Virus record (IMG/VR): IMGVR_UViG_3300042904_000308
Location: 32,001 to 96,000 of that record
Source of the DNA: a virus
Direction: 5' to 3' (one strand)
DNA length: 64,000 nt
Below are positions 10,983 through 21,781 of the stretch, one piece after another (the stretch's first letter is position 1; every line of letters begins with the position of its first letter). The position numbers and the translations under genes were made by a program. A model generated the notes under the pieces. That model saw only the letters and a program-made list of their open reading frames with translations, did not search any database and was not told where the DNA came from.

Positions 10983-11108
10983 CTAGGCGTGTGCGATAGA
11001 CGCAGCGGCCTGAGCGCAGGCAATAGCTGCTGCGGCCTGGGCATACGCGACATACATCACGGCCTGGACATAGGCAAGGTACGAATAATCGATCTGCTGA
11101 ATCATCAT
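10983..11108 (-). CDS. 41-aa peptide built of 9-residue repeats (not in ORF track)
   Basis: GAGGAG RBS; MMIQQIDYSY-LAYVQAVMY-VAYAQAAAA-IACAQAAAS-IAHA*. Confidence 0.55.
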   Translation of the reverse strand: MMIQQIDYSYLAYVQAVMYVAYAQAAAAIACAQAAASIAHA

Positions 11109-11343
11109 CTTAGGTCATCTCCTCTAACACTTTCTGATCAAGTAACTGTCTCGTATTGAACGATTGCGATATACCGATCCTGACCTGTATACCCCCCGTC
11201 ATCCCTCCGAGTTTCGAAAGCGACGACTGTCGGATAGAACACTTCAGGGCTCGCAAAGATGCGGTTGATGGCGTCCTGCAGCGTGAGCAGGGACGACTCA
11301 TCAATAATTCTGACCCGCGTCTGGACGGGACTTGGCTCTTCCA

Positions 11344-11637
11344 TTAATGCTTCTCGCTACTGTTCCTGGGAACCTCAGGCGCGGGTGGCGGCGGATCGCC
11401 CCATCCCGCGTCGACCCACTGCTTGTTCAGGCGCTCCAGCTTGTCGCCAGGCCTGCCGTCATTGATGTGGTCATGCTTGAACGAGCCGTCGCAGTTCCAC
11501 GTGTCGGGAACGGGATAGACAACCCGAGTCGAGAGCGTGCCGCACGCGGGACAGGGAACTTCCCACTCCGCGTCAATCATCTTACGGACAATCTCGAAAA
11601 CGCCGTGCGTCGGGCACTTATGATCGTACCGAGCCAT
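11344..11637 (-). CDS. FmdB-family zinc-ribbon protein
   Basis: MARYDHKCPTHG.FE...CPACG...RV. Confidence 0.7.
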   Translation of the reverse strand: MARYDHKCPTHGVFEIVRKMIDAEWEVPCPACGTLSTRVVYPVPDTWNCDGSFKHDHINDGRPGDKLERLNKQWVDAGWGDPPPPAPEVPRNSSEKH

Positions 11638-11983
11638 CAGCGTACCCTCGGCGGCTCAGGCACATAGAGACTCGGGTGCTTCGACCGCGCCTGCTGCTCT
11701 TGCTGCGCCTGCATCATGCTGTGAAACAGCAGCAGTTCCAGCTTGGCCTTCGCAATCTCGCACATGTGGATCATTTCCTGTGGATGGAACTGACCGTTCT
11801 GTGTTCCAACCATGACCTCGCCTTCATCATTGATGAAGAGCAGGATCACGGGTCCAGTTGGCTGTTTCGATTTCTGTGTTTCTTCGCTCACGTACCTTTC
11901 CTTTGATCTAGCTCGCCTGTAATGTCAGTTCGGATCGTCGATACGCTCCCTCCTCGTTACATGTGAATACGAGCGCTTGCCTC

Positions 11984-12017
11984 CACTATTAATATCGTCA
12001 CAACATGCTCGAAACTT
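11984..12017 (-). promoter_or_regulatory. Repeated phage promoter, copy 2
   Basis: cactattaatatcgtcacaacatgctcgaaactt on + strand. Confidence 0.8.
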
Positions 12018-12242
12018 ATCCTGTTTGGCCCCAACCTTTGAGAATGAATGAAAGTTCGTTCTGCTTGGCCTGCTCCTCCGATATCTCACCGTTTTCGAAG
12101 AGCTTGATGTTGGCTGAGAGGAACATATACTGGCTGGGTGTCACCGCAGACCAGTGGTCCTGAAACCACGGTTTATAGGACGCATAGCCCAGCTCGCCGT
12201 CTTCCTCGTCTGCATATAAGGGTCGAAGCAACTTTAACGCCA

Positions 12243-12272
12243 TTTACAACTCATCATTCCTTGTGATACACT
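12243..12272 (+). promoter_or_regulatory. sigma70-like promoter for the lone plus-strand gene
   Basis: TTTACA-N18-TACACT with extended -10 TG. Confidence 0.45.
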
Positions 12273-12308
12273 GCGTCGGATTCGCTGGTTTAGGGAAAGG
12301 ACACAGGG

Positions 12309-12713
12309 ATGGAAGGGTTCACACTCTTTGAAGCGCCTCGTCGAGGCAAACCACAGACCGAGCCAAGGGTATCGTTGAGTACCAATGGCACACTCACACT
12401 GAACACGCTGGCACTGGAGCTCTTCAACGACAGCACGGTTGAATGCGTTCAGCTTCTCTACAGTGAGGAGTCTCGACAGGTCGCGCTGAAGGGCGTGCCT
12501 ACCGATGCGCCCTACAGTTATCGACTTCGCCAGTCTGGTAAGAGCGAGTCCCGCTCAGTCAGCGCTCGGGCCTTCAGTGAGTTCTACGGTATTTCGCTCG
12601 ACGAACGACAAGAGTTCACCCCCTGGGCAGTCGAGCCAGGAATTGTTGCCTTCAGCTTGGAGAATGAAGTTCCTGACGAGAACGCTACTCAGCCGAAGGG
12701 ACGTCGGAAGTAG
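12309..12713 (+). CDS. Hypothetical protein, possibly AbrB-like beta-hairpin DNA-binding fold
   Basis: Only clear + strand gene in the left arm; has its own promoter; VSLSTNGTLTLN...LF pattern. Confidence 0.5.
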   Translation: MEGFTLFEAPRRGKPQTEPRVSLSTNGTLTLNTLALELFNDSTVECVQLLYSEESRQVALKGVPTDAPYSYRLRQSGKSESRSVSARAFSEFYGISLDERQEFTPWAVEPGIVAFSLENEVPDENATQPKGRRK

Positions 12714-13518
12714 CAGCCTGTCGCGCATCGCATGCTTCTCTCAAGGCACAATAATCGCAGAGCACATGGCGATACCCCCGCTCGTTCATCCAGAGTGGGG
12801 GCATCTCTTTGTCCGTTCGGTAGCGCACAATCGGCCTGAGCCTCTCGATGATAAACGCCTCAGTCTCGTCAAGTGACCATAACGGCGCAGCCACCTTCTT
12901 GGTGCCGCTCATGTCGAAATACAGGATTCCCGCCTGGTCAATCTCGATATGCTGGGTCTTCATCTCGGGCAGCAGATCGGTCGTCTCCATATTGACGCCA
13001 CCCCACATCAGCCAGCGGTAGATCGACACCTGCTTCGGGTGATCTTCCTTCGGCAACCCGTCCTTGATCGGCTTGCGGTTGATCGACTTCGTTGATTTGA
13101 AATCGATCAGCAGCTTGCGCTTCAGATCGGTCCAGTCGGCCTTGCCTGTAATCTCGATGGACACACCATCAATCTCAACCGACTTACGAAAGCGGATTTC
13201 CTGCACGACGTTTGCTTCGTCGCTACCGTAGGCTTCCATCATCAGGTGGCCGATGGTGCCCCGAAATCTCGCCCAGTAGGAAGACGGCTTCTCGTAGTAG
13301 TCCTCTTCCTGCATGAGGATGACCTTGCGCGGACAGTCCAGCAGCATCGTTGCCGAGATACCCGCGTCCTTGCGTTCCCTCTGATTCTTGCTCATCGCCA
13401 CCAGCAACGGCAGCGGGTTATCGCATCGACGAGGGCCACCAGCCCTCGCGCATGCTAGACACTCATCGAAACTATAGGCTTCGCCGTCTGCATCGCAAAG
13501 CACCCCTTTAAGACCCAT
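12685..13518 (-). CDS. Cas4-like PD-(D/E)xK exonuclease
   Basis: CPRK, GTIGH, ITGKAD, IDFKS, QVSIY, CDYC..REAC Fe-S ligands. Confidence 0.85.
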   Translation of the reverse strand: MGLKGVLCDADGEAYSFDECLACARAGGPRRCDNPLPLLVAMSKNQRERKDAGISATMLLDCPRKVILMQEEDYYEKPSSYWARFRGTIGHLMMEAYGSDEANVVQEIRFRKSVEIDGVSIEITGKADWTDLKRKLLIDFKSTKSINRKPIKDGLPKEDHPKQVSIYRWLMWGGVNMETTDLLPEMKTQHIEIDQAGILYFDMSGTKKVAAPLWSLDETEAFIIERLRPIVRYRTDKEMPPLWMNERGYRHVLCDYCALREACDARQAATSDVPSAE

Positions 13519-13539
13519 GTAGTATTAGACACCTTACGA

Positions 13540-13923
13540 TTAACCATTAGTAGTAATCCACGCACGAACTGCATCGCCGTCCTGCGTGCCCTTCAGGTAG
13601 AACTGACCCTTATCGCTCACCATGTACAGCACTGGTACAGAGCGGAGGCCCAGGCTCATTGCCATGCTCCCCGCCGAGTAGTTGTCCACATCGAGCTTGT
13701 AGAACGTGACGTCGGGAAACTCCCGAGCGATCTGTTCCAGCACTGGCCCGTATTGCTGACATGGGGCGCACCACTGCGCGGAGAAGTAGTAAATGGTGGT
13801 CGCGTCGGGCTCCATGAATTCATGCGTGATCGGTTCACCAGGCTGGGGAACGATGAAGTTCGACGGCCTGACGTGCGCGGTCACGCGCCTCATCAGCTGC
13901 GGTTTCAATTCAATCTCTGGCAT
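13540..13923 (-). CDS. Thioredoxin
   Basis: FSAQWCAPC, KLDVD, SVP. Confidence 0.88.
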   Translation of the reverse strand: MPEIELKPQLMRRVTAHVRPSNFIVPQPGEPITHEFMEPDATTIYYFSAQWCAPCQQYGPVLEQIAREFPDVTFYKLDVDNYSAGSMAMSLGLRSVPVLYMVSDKGQFYLKGTQDGDAVRAWITTNG

Positions 13924-14157
13924 GGTTACTCCTCTGCTGCCACGACCTCATAGCCGTACAGCTCTGCAATGTGTGAGGGCAGGTTCTCCGTCGGCTGAGC
14001 GCCGATGAGTCCTGCCGCCTGCTCACGGTATCGAATCAGGCGAGCCTGTGACATGGTGAGCACAGGGTACTTCGCACAGACCTCGGCATACCGTTCGGGA
14101 TTCTGCTGCGCGGCCAGCTCGAAGAATGCTTCGACGGCGCGGTGATGTTGTTGCGCG

Positions 14158-14628
14158 TCAGACCGTTTCATGCACCACTCCAAATTCCATGCAGAACACG
14201 AGTCGGTCGACTGCACGCATGATGCGCTGGTACATGCTGCCGATATCCTTGATGCCCCACTCACCGCACAGCTGCTCCAGGGTATGTGTCTGAAACAGCA
14301 GGTATCGGTAGACGAGGCTCAGGTCGTCGTCGGTCAGGGCACGCAGCCCCGTCTCCAAATCGAGCATCGAGACGTGAATCTCTTGTATCTGTTTGGACTT
14401 GCGTTTCCCGTCCCGAGGGGCTCGCGCTCCTCGCGGCTCCAGAAACGGCCACGGCATCTTGCTGTTCTTGGACATGCCCAGCGGGTACTCTCGGGAGACA
14501 CCGTGCTCGGTGCGCTCTTCGAGCACCATTCCATCCATCAGGCGTTGGGCCTGTCCCTCCTGCATCTGACGAAAATCGAGATAATTCCTAAGTAATCTGA
14601 CAACGAGCTCTCGTGAATAGACCTTCAT
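14158..14628 (-). CDS. sigma70 region-4-like HTH transcription regulator
   Basis: LETGLRALTDDDLSLVYRY...TLEQLCGEWGI...RAVDRL. Confidence 0.55.
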   Translation of the reverse strand: MKVYSRELVVRLLRNYLDFRQMQEGQAQRLMDGMVLEERTEHGVSREYPLGMSKNSKMPWPFLEPRGARAPRDGKRKSKQIQEIHVSMLDLETGLRALTDDDLSLVYRYLLFQTHTLEQLCGEWGIKDIGSMYQRIMRAVDRLVFCMEFGVVHETV

Positions 14629-14656
14629 ACTTCCTTTTGCTTACACTCACAAACCA

Positions 14657-15754
14657 CTACCCCTTTCGTTTATAGCGAGCACGCCGCTTCCTCATTTTCT
14701 CGGCATAATACCGACACGATGAATCACAGTAGCTGTCGAAGACTGGCTCCTGACACGGAAAGAACGAATATGCTCCGCTGTACGCTGACTCAACCTTGGT
14801 CAGCAGGACATCGGCGTCCATCGGAGGATCGTTACGACTGTTCCACTCCTCCATCGCGGCGACCGCCATGTCCATCGGAAACCCCCTGTCACGGAAATAA
14901 CACGAGAGGCGGAAGGCAGGCACGTCCCGCGCTCCCTCGACCACGCCTCGCGTCATCACGTTCACCATGCAGGGGGGTGTCATTGCGCCGACCGCCCCAG
15001 GCTGGTCAACGATGTTGACCTGTGACCTGAATGCCTCGACGTCAATCTGGCAGTCCAGAATGAGCCCATCGAGCTGCTTCTCCGTCACGACGGGAAAGAG
15101 CTCCAGCGCTTCCCACTGATCGGGACCAGACAGAAGCTCGAAATGACGGTCGACAAAGCCACACCAGTTGCCCGTCTTGCGGTGCTTGCCGAGTGGCAGC
15201 TTGATCAGGCTCCCGTACGTTTTCTGCGTAGCCTGTTTGGGAAAGACCTCGACGTGAATTCCCTCTGGCGGCTCAACCTGCCGCTCAAAGAACCGACCGA
15301 AAGCGTAGACCTTCAATGCCTGCACAGGCTCGAAGAAAATCCAGATGTGGTATCCCCTCGATCCCGAGTACTCGACCAGAAACGGGATATCCCACGCCTT
15401 CAGAACTCTTGCCAGAGCTATCGTGTGCGCCCTGATCTTCCCCTGGGCCTCCCCGACATCGACGCCTTTATCAATATCGACATCGAAGCAGAGCCACTTG
15501 ACGGTGCCCTCCTCATCCATTGGATAAATGCCCAGCGTGATGTCGCCTTCGAGATGACGCTGAACGTCCTGGCTCGTCATTGGCACATGCTGCACATCAG
15601 GACATCGCCGCTTCGGACACTTCGGTGTATGACTGCACTCGCCGTGTGTAACCTTGACGTATCCCCCTTCCTGCTTTTCCGTGCTGTACCACTGATGAGC
15701 AAACACATCAGTCCGATGAATGAATCGTTCCCTGATCAGCGCTGTCTTGTTCAT
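14657..15754 (-). CDS. Archaeo-eukaryotic-type primase with PriCT-like C-terminus
   Basis: CFDVD, SGSRGYHIWIFF, EVFPKQ, IKLPLG; EGARD...WNSRNDPPM. Confidence 0.85.
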   Translation of the reverse strand: MNKTALIRERFIHRTDVFAHQWYSTEKQEGGYVKVTHGECSHTPKCPKRRCPDVQHVPMTSQDVQRHLEGDITLGIYPMDEEGTVKWLCFDVDIDKGVDVGEAQGKIRAHTIALARVLKAWDIPFLVEYSGSRGYHIWIFFEPVQALKVYAFGRFFERQVEPPEGIHVEVFPKQATQKTYGSLIKLPLGKHRKTGNWCGFVDRHFELLSGPDQWEALELFPVVTEKQLDGLILDCQIDVEAFRSQVNIVDQPGAVGAMTPPCMVNVMTRGVVEGARDVPAFRLSCYFRDRGFPMDMAVAAMEEWNSRNDPPMDADVLLTKVESAYSGAYSFFPCQEPVFDSYCDSSCRYYAEKMRKRRARYKRKG

Positions 15755-16432
15755 TCGTTTCCTTTACGACTGCTCGACGTAGACCACTCCCGTGTCAAGC
15801 AGCAGCCTGACCGTCACTGGTGTGCTATGCGCCACCGTGCCGTCTGTCCGCGTGACCTCTGACCGCACAATGGCGACCACGATGTCCTGATCACTGAACC
15901 CCCTGACATACGGAAATCGTCCGACCTTCCACTGCATCAGGTGGTACGGCTCAATCAGGAAGTCATAGACGGGCTCCAGCGTTCCGTACTCCTCAGGAAC
16001 CTCGATGAACTGCTCGCTGGCCCACCAGTCCGCTACCAGAAACTGGGCGTAGTCGGCAATGGCCTCGGCCTGCTGCAGCGTTAACCGCACCATGTAGGCA
16101 GGTTTGATGTCAGCCCAGGCTGGAAGCGTCGGTGTTTCCTGATCGTTCCCAGCTGACTCTTCGTCGATTGGTGTTGTCTCCAAATCCAAGTCCTCTCAAA
16201 TAGCTCAATGTAAAGTGATATGGTTTCCCCGACGCTTCTGCCTGAAGGATCAGGTCGATCTGTGCGAGCGCCATTGTGACGAACCTTCCCGCACATTGTT
16301 GTTCGATGAGACGGACCACGCGCTCCAGATCGAGGAACCGCTCTTCATCGAAGATGCAGAACTTCAACATCGCGTGCTCATAGGTGTGTCCGATGCTTAC
16401 CTTCAGTGACAGGCCGTTAACTTCGTTCTCGA

Positions 16433-16963
16433 TCACGATATCAGCCTCGTTTCGAGTACCCCCTTCGGCCACGACACGACATACTCGATGACAGGCAGCT
16501 CGCAGTAGGCGTTGTGAACGCACGCGGCCTCGACCGCGCCTCTCACTGACGCGCCGACGCAGAGCGCCCCCATCGCGACCTCGCCGCCAGAACCAATCGC
16601 GGTGTACGTGTCGATATGACGAATATAGAATCCGTTGATGTAGAACACCACACCTTTATAGGCATACAGATAGCTGTTGTTCAGCGTGTATTGCTTGTTA
16701 TCGATTCGCTTGGAGGCCCAGGACTGGAACGAGGCCAGGTGATCGATCATGGCATCCTCGCTCGGCTCTTTCAGGTGGTTCGTGTGCAGATAGACGCGGA
16801 AGAGGCCAATCTCCTCCGCGTACCCGACCGAGCCGATGATGGCATCACCCGCCTGGAATATCTTGCTGTGTGGAACAGACTCTTTCACCGAGCCTCGCGT
16901 GACCTGTGAGTCCGCAGCGATGCGAACCTCCTCGGGAGTTACCTGTGCAACGACAACTGACAT
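16433..16963 (-). CDS. Ntn-hydrolase (HslV/proteasome-beta-like) protein
   Basis: N-terminal (M)SVV, IAADSQVT, SKI, AIGSGGEVAMGAL. Confidence 0.75.
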   Translation of the reverse strand: MSVVVAQVTPEEVRIAADSQVTRGSVKESVPHSKIFQAGDAIIGSVGYAEEIGLFRVYLHTNHLKEPSEDAMIDHLASFQSWASKRIDNKQYTLNNSYLYAYKGVVFYINGFYIRHIDTYTAIGSGGEVAMGALCVGASVRGAVEAACVHNAYCELPVIEYVVSWPKGVLETRLIS

Positions 16964-17376
16964 ATATCTACTCGCTTAAGAAGTCATACAAAAATGCGAC
17001 AGTGCCGCCTGCCGCCGCCGCAAAGCATGGGAAAATCAGGGAGGCCAGAAACAGCGCCTCGGTCTGACTCTCGGTGCCATACACCGAGGAGTACAACGCG
17101 AAGAAGATCAGCACCCCCTCGATGACGATGGTCGCCACGACAGCAAACGCTATCGCGGCCAGCAGAAGCACTCGCCTCATCGCTTCACTTTCATTCGGGC
17201 TTTCCGCTTGGCGAGCTTCTTGGCGAGCTTCCGCCGCTCGGCTCGATTCCGCCCCAGGTGCTCCTCTAGGACGTGCGTGCCCCCGCCAGCAAGGACACGC
17301 TCACGCTGCGCAGCTCGTTCGGCTGCATTCATATCATCAGGTTGTGGCATCTACTTTCCTATTAACTCTCTCACAC

Positions 17377-19536
17377 TTATTTCGCCTCGCCCCATGTGTA
17401 TCCCGTTCCTGCCTCAGCGGCGAGTGGGACGCGCAGGCGCGGGTTGATCAGACTTGTCATGTAATGCTGAACAATCTTCGCCGCTTCGTCGGCGTTCTCC
17501 TCGGGAGCCTCGGCCACGACCTCATCGTGAACCTGCAGCAACATGTATGCCCCGAACGGTTCGAGCGCCTGCTGAATCGCGGGGATCGCCTCCGCCACGA
17601 TGTCAGCGCACGAACCCTGAATGATCGCGTTGACCGCCTGCCGCTCGGCTCGCATCACGTCCCAGCGGTTATCCGACCAGAGCTCAGGCAGTCGCCGCTT
17701 GCGTCCGCCGATGGTCTGGATGTACCCAACCTTCTTGGCGTAGCGAATGACGCGCTGCTTCCACTCGGTCATGCCCTCATACGTGGTGTTGAATCCCGCG
17801 ATCAGCGCGTCGGCCTCTTCCAGCGAGACGCGGACACCACTCTCCACCAGCAGGTGGACCTGAAACTTCTTCCCCGCCATTCCGTAAAGCAGGCCGAAGT
17901 TCGACACCTTGCCAATCGTTCGGCGCAGCTTGGCGTCGACATCGTCATTCTCGATGCGTTCGAGCAGTTCCTCGTACGGGATTCCTGACTGGGTCGAGGC
18001 GGTCATCGCGTGCAGGTCAAGCCCGTCCGCGAACGCCTTCACCATCGTCTCGTCCTGACTGTAATGTGCAGCCACCCGCAGCTCCATTGCCGCGTAGTCC
18101 GCAACGATCAGCTTGTGCCCAGGCCGAGCGACGAACATCGAACGCGCCTTCTTGCCTTCCGCTCCCCGACTGGGAATCTGTTGCAGGTTCGGTCGCTGGC
18201 TCGACAGGCGTCCCGTCGCGGCAATGTCCTGTCGAAACGAGGTCCGCAGGCAGTAGTGGTCGTTTGGATCAGAGAGCTCGACGAACGGGTGAAGGAACGC
18301 CGTGATGAACTTGTTCGCTTTCCGCCATGCCAGAAGGTCTTTCAACACCTGCGGCGACTTCTCGCCCAGCATGTAGTCGAGCACCTTCAAGGTGTTGCGA
18401 TCAACGCTGTACTCGCCCGACTGTGTGCGCTTCAGCTTCAAATCCCCAGGCGGCTTCAATCGGTAATGCTCGAACAGCAGCTCGGTCATGTGCTTTGTGG
18501 AGCCTGTATTGAAGACCAGCTTGCGGTACTTCGAGCGAGGCGTCGGCTTGACTAAAGGAAGGCGCAGGCCGTCCTCTTCAATCCAGAGGGTGCCGAAAGC
18601 GTCGACAATCGCCTCCTCGACCTCTTCATCGTCCGCGATCTTCAGGTAGCCTTTGGGGATGTTCTCTGGCGCGTACCGCTGCAGCACCATCTTGACGCCC
18701 TCGGCATTCACCCGAGCCGACAGCTCCTGCTCCGTAGCCTGGGCCTCCGCCAGAGTCTGCTTGACCAGCTCCATATCGAGGGCAATACCCTTGCGCTCCA
18801 TCTGCTGCAGTGTCACGCAGAGCGGCATCCAGATATCGCAGAAGGCGTGCTCCAGCCCATCCTCGGACAGGTCGACCGCCAGCTTTCGCCAGAGCTTCCA
18901 CGTCACGCCTGTGTCATGCACCGCGTACGTCGCGCCGATGTCGAGCGGCACGCCGAGGAACTCTTCCTTGCCGAAACCCTCATAGCGATCCAGCTCGGTG
19001 AACTCGGTCATCGTCTCACCGACCAGATAGGCCAGCTTCTTCAGACCTGTCGAGCGGTTCTCGTCGAGAAGCACAGCGGCGAGCTGTGTGTCGGCCACCC
19101 TGCCCCTGATCCTCACCCCCATCTCCGAGAGGAAATGCAGATCGAACTTCAGGTTGTGGGCGACCATCTCGACGTCCGTCTGATCGAAGAGCGGCTGCAC
19201 GGCGCGAACGAATTCGTCGCGGTCCATGAACTGATGAAGGATCAGCGGGGCATGCCGTCGAACGACCGCATGGTCAAGGTACTGTTGGAGACGCGGCTCG
19301 TAGTTCGGGTCTTCGACGGTGTGCTCGATGCAGAGATAGACGCTCGGACCTTGATCAAACGAGAGCGCCAGACCCAGCACGCGATCCTTCAGGTAGTCAA
19401 GACCGCTTGTCTCGACGTCGAACGCGAATGATTTTCCGTGGTGTTTCTTCAGGCACCTGCGAACATCGTCCAGATTGGTGATCACAAAGCCTGGAAGTCT
19501 CGTGTTCCGCTGTAACTGTTGCGTAACGGCTTCCAA
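17377..19536 (-). CDS. polA: Family A DNA polymerase with 3'-5' exonuclease (no 5'-3' exo domain)
   Basis: FDVETSGL, HNLKFD; TGRLSS..PNLQQIP, ADYAAMELR, KVSNFGLLYG, QVHDE. Confidence 0.96.
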   Translation of the reverse strand: MEAVTQQLQRNTRLPGFVITNLDDVRRCLKKHHGKSFAFDVETSGLDYLKDRVLGLALSFDQGPSVYLCIEHTVEDPNYEPRLQQYLDHAVVRRHAPLILHQFMDRDEFVRAVQPLFDQTDVEMVAHNLKFDLHFLSEMGVRIRGRVADTQLAAVLLDENRSTGLKKLAYLVGETMTEFTELDRYEGFGKEEFLGVPLDIGATYAVHDTGVTWKLWRKLAVDLSEDGLEHAFCDIWMPLCVTLQQMERKGIALDMELVKQTLAEAQATEQELSARVNAEGVKMVLQRYAPENIPKGYLKIADDEEVEEAIVDAFGTLWIEEDGLRLPLVKPTPRSKYRKLVFNTGSTKHMTELLFEHYRLKPPGDLKLKRTQSGEYSVDRNTLKVLDYMLGEKSPQVLKDLLAWRKANKFITAFLHPFVELSDPNDHYCLRTSFRQDIAATGRLSSQRPNLQQIPSRGAEGKKARSMFVARPGHKLIVADYAAMELRVAAHYSQDETMVKAFADGLDLHAMTASTQSGIPYEELLERIENDDVDAKLRRTIGKVSNFGLLYGMAGKKFQVHLLVESGVRVSLEEADALIAGFNTTYEGMTEWKQRVIRYAKKVGYIQTIGGRKRRLPELWSDNRWDVMRAERQAVNAIIQGSCADIVAEAIPAIQQALEPFGAYMLLQVHDEVVAEAPEENADEAAKIVQHYMTSLINPRLRVPLAAEAGTGYTWGEAK

Positions 19537-19551
19537 TGGATTTCGTTCCCC

Positions 19552-20260
19552 TTAATCATCGATAGGGTGACGATCTGCATAGGAGCAGATCAACCCCAGC
19601 CCGATGCACAACGACAACACATATAACAACGCTGTAATAATGCCAAGAGGAATGAACAGATTAAGCGCAACACCGACAGCAAACATTCCACCGACCACAT
19701 ACCCAACTGCGGCAAACAACACCAGCACCCGCAGGAACATTCCAAATCCGAAACTCACTCCCTCTCTGACTATCTCCACCTGTCACCCTTCTAATACTTA
19801 CCACTCAACTTCGCGTCGATGATCGCCAGCAGCAAACCTCCGACGAGAACCTCAGCTCCAATGAAACTGCAGCCTGCCAGAAAGTGGTAGTCGAAAGCCA
19901 TCTGGCCGAGCAGAATAGAACCGACGACGATACCAGCAACGATAGCCAGTCCGACAGCGATCAGGTATATCTGCAAGGCAGTCTTTAGAATCTCAATCAC
20001 GTATACCCCTCACTATTAATATCGTCACAAGGTGCTCGAAACTTTCGCTTTTGGAACTAGGAATCAGAAATTGCCAGAAGGAAGGCGACCGCGACACAGC
20101 TGCCGACCACCCCTGCCAGCGCAAACCAGCCGCCTAGGTCGAAGAGATACGTCATGAGCTGTACATACCCCCAAAAACAACCAGCAAGCACGCCAACGCC
20201 CACGGCAATCAGTGCCATTATCAGACTATAGACTGCTGTCGTCTTAAGAATCTCGGTCAC
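19552..20260 (-). CDS. Three tandem small two-TM membrane proteins (19552-19779, 19791-20000, 20057-20260)
   Basis: Hydrophobic; shared N-termini MIEILKTA / MTEILKTT / MEIVRE. Confidence 0.6.
20011..20044 (-). promoter_or_regulatory. Repeated phage promoter, copy 3
   Basis: cactattaatatcgtcacaaggtgctcgaaactt on + strand. Confidence 0.8.
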
Positions 20261-21781
20261 GTCGTAACTCCTCCAGATAGCGTTCTGTCTCTTTGGTGCA
20301 ATCGATAAGGTCTTGCTCGGTGTAATTGGGAAGCTCAGGGATGGGGGTTTTCAGGTGACGCCTGCAGACCGCTGCCGCTTCCTGAATCGCCAGCAGCCCC
20401 ACGCCTTCCTCATAGCTCTCCTCACAGGCAATGATCTTGAGAAGCCTGCCGTTTTCCCGCACCTTCTTCTGCACCGTCAACCCGCGTTCCCGCAGGTTGT
20501 CTCTGCCCCAGCGCTTCTCTTTCTCGACCGCCTCAGCCAGACGCCAGCGTTGAAACTCGGCGCGGTTGACATCAACCGAGAGGTCGGGGATGTACTTCTC
20601 ATCGCTCACGCGGATGAACTGCACAATGAAAAGTTCGACCGCTCCGCCAGCAAAGTACTTGTCGACCACCTGATCGTCGTTCGTCGCCGCCGTGATCAAT
20701 GTCTCGGCGGTCTGCTTGTCGATCCCCTCTACAGGCACCGCCTCGGGCCGCGCTCCTCGCTCGATCCCTGAAATGAAGCATGACTGGCACTTGAGCTTGC
20801 CAGACAGGAAGTCCCTGACCAGCGCAGGCTTGCCACAGTGGGGGCAGGTGCTGTCTTTCGCCGCGCTAGACATCGTCAGACTCCTCACAGTGAGGCGTCT
20901 CTCCGAGAAAGATGCGAAGATCGTCTCCCTCTGACCAGATCGAGTACCAGGCGATGTCGTCGTAGCGAGCCATCACCGCGTCGACCGCCACAATGATGTC
21001 GTCCTTCACCTGTCGGATCGCGCTCGGCCTGGTTCTCAGCTCGAAAGGCACCTGCCTGTGGTACTTCAGTGTCGCCTCAAGATGCTGTCGATCAATCATC
21101 GTTGACAACTTCTTCCGCCAGTGCCGTTTCGTCTTCAAACGAACACTGCAGCGTGTGAAAGTTGACCTTCGCGTCACACACCCCTCCCCCGTCGTAGTCA
21201 GGATGGCAATCGATGTGCAGATCGGCGTGCTTGCCAGTTCTGAGGTATACAAAGTACGTATCGATAACACGTTGAAGCTCGCTTGTGATTGTCATTACAG
21301 TTCCTTCTTAACCATCTTTACGGACAGCGCCCTTCGAGATGCTGCTCAGCTGCATAGCCGCAGTCGTCGCAATCTCCCTCATGGAGCACGGCTGCTCTAC
21401 AGGTCACGCGAACGATGCGGTTCGCATTCTCGATTTCCGATTCTGTCGCTCGCCTGAGCGTGTACCAGCTGCCCTCCCACTTCGCGGCTCCCCTTGCCCA
21501 CTGTCCGATACACGCTCGAAACCCTCGAAGGAAGAGCGGTTCGTGGTCATCAGTGAAGACGTACACACCATCACCGTCATCAGCCAGGCTCTCTCGACTT
21601 GGTTTATACGCCCTGTTGAATATCAAAGTAGCCATCTACAGCTCTTGCTCCATAATCGGCTTAAACCAGAGTCCGATGAACAGCGTGCCGTCTGGCAGCA
21701 TCGACGCTTCAGTGTGAAGCTCGCGCTCATCCCCCCTGAACGGGGCGGTAACAATCTCGATGTCCTCGATCAGCGAATCGA

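Noticed and set aside
17377-19536. Intein or intron in polA, nrdJ or dnaB
   Set aside because: Lengths are normal and no splice-junction or homing-endonuclease motifs are seen
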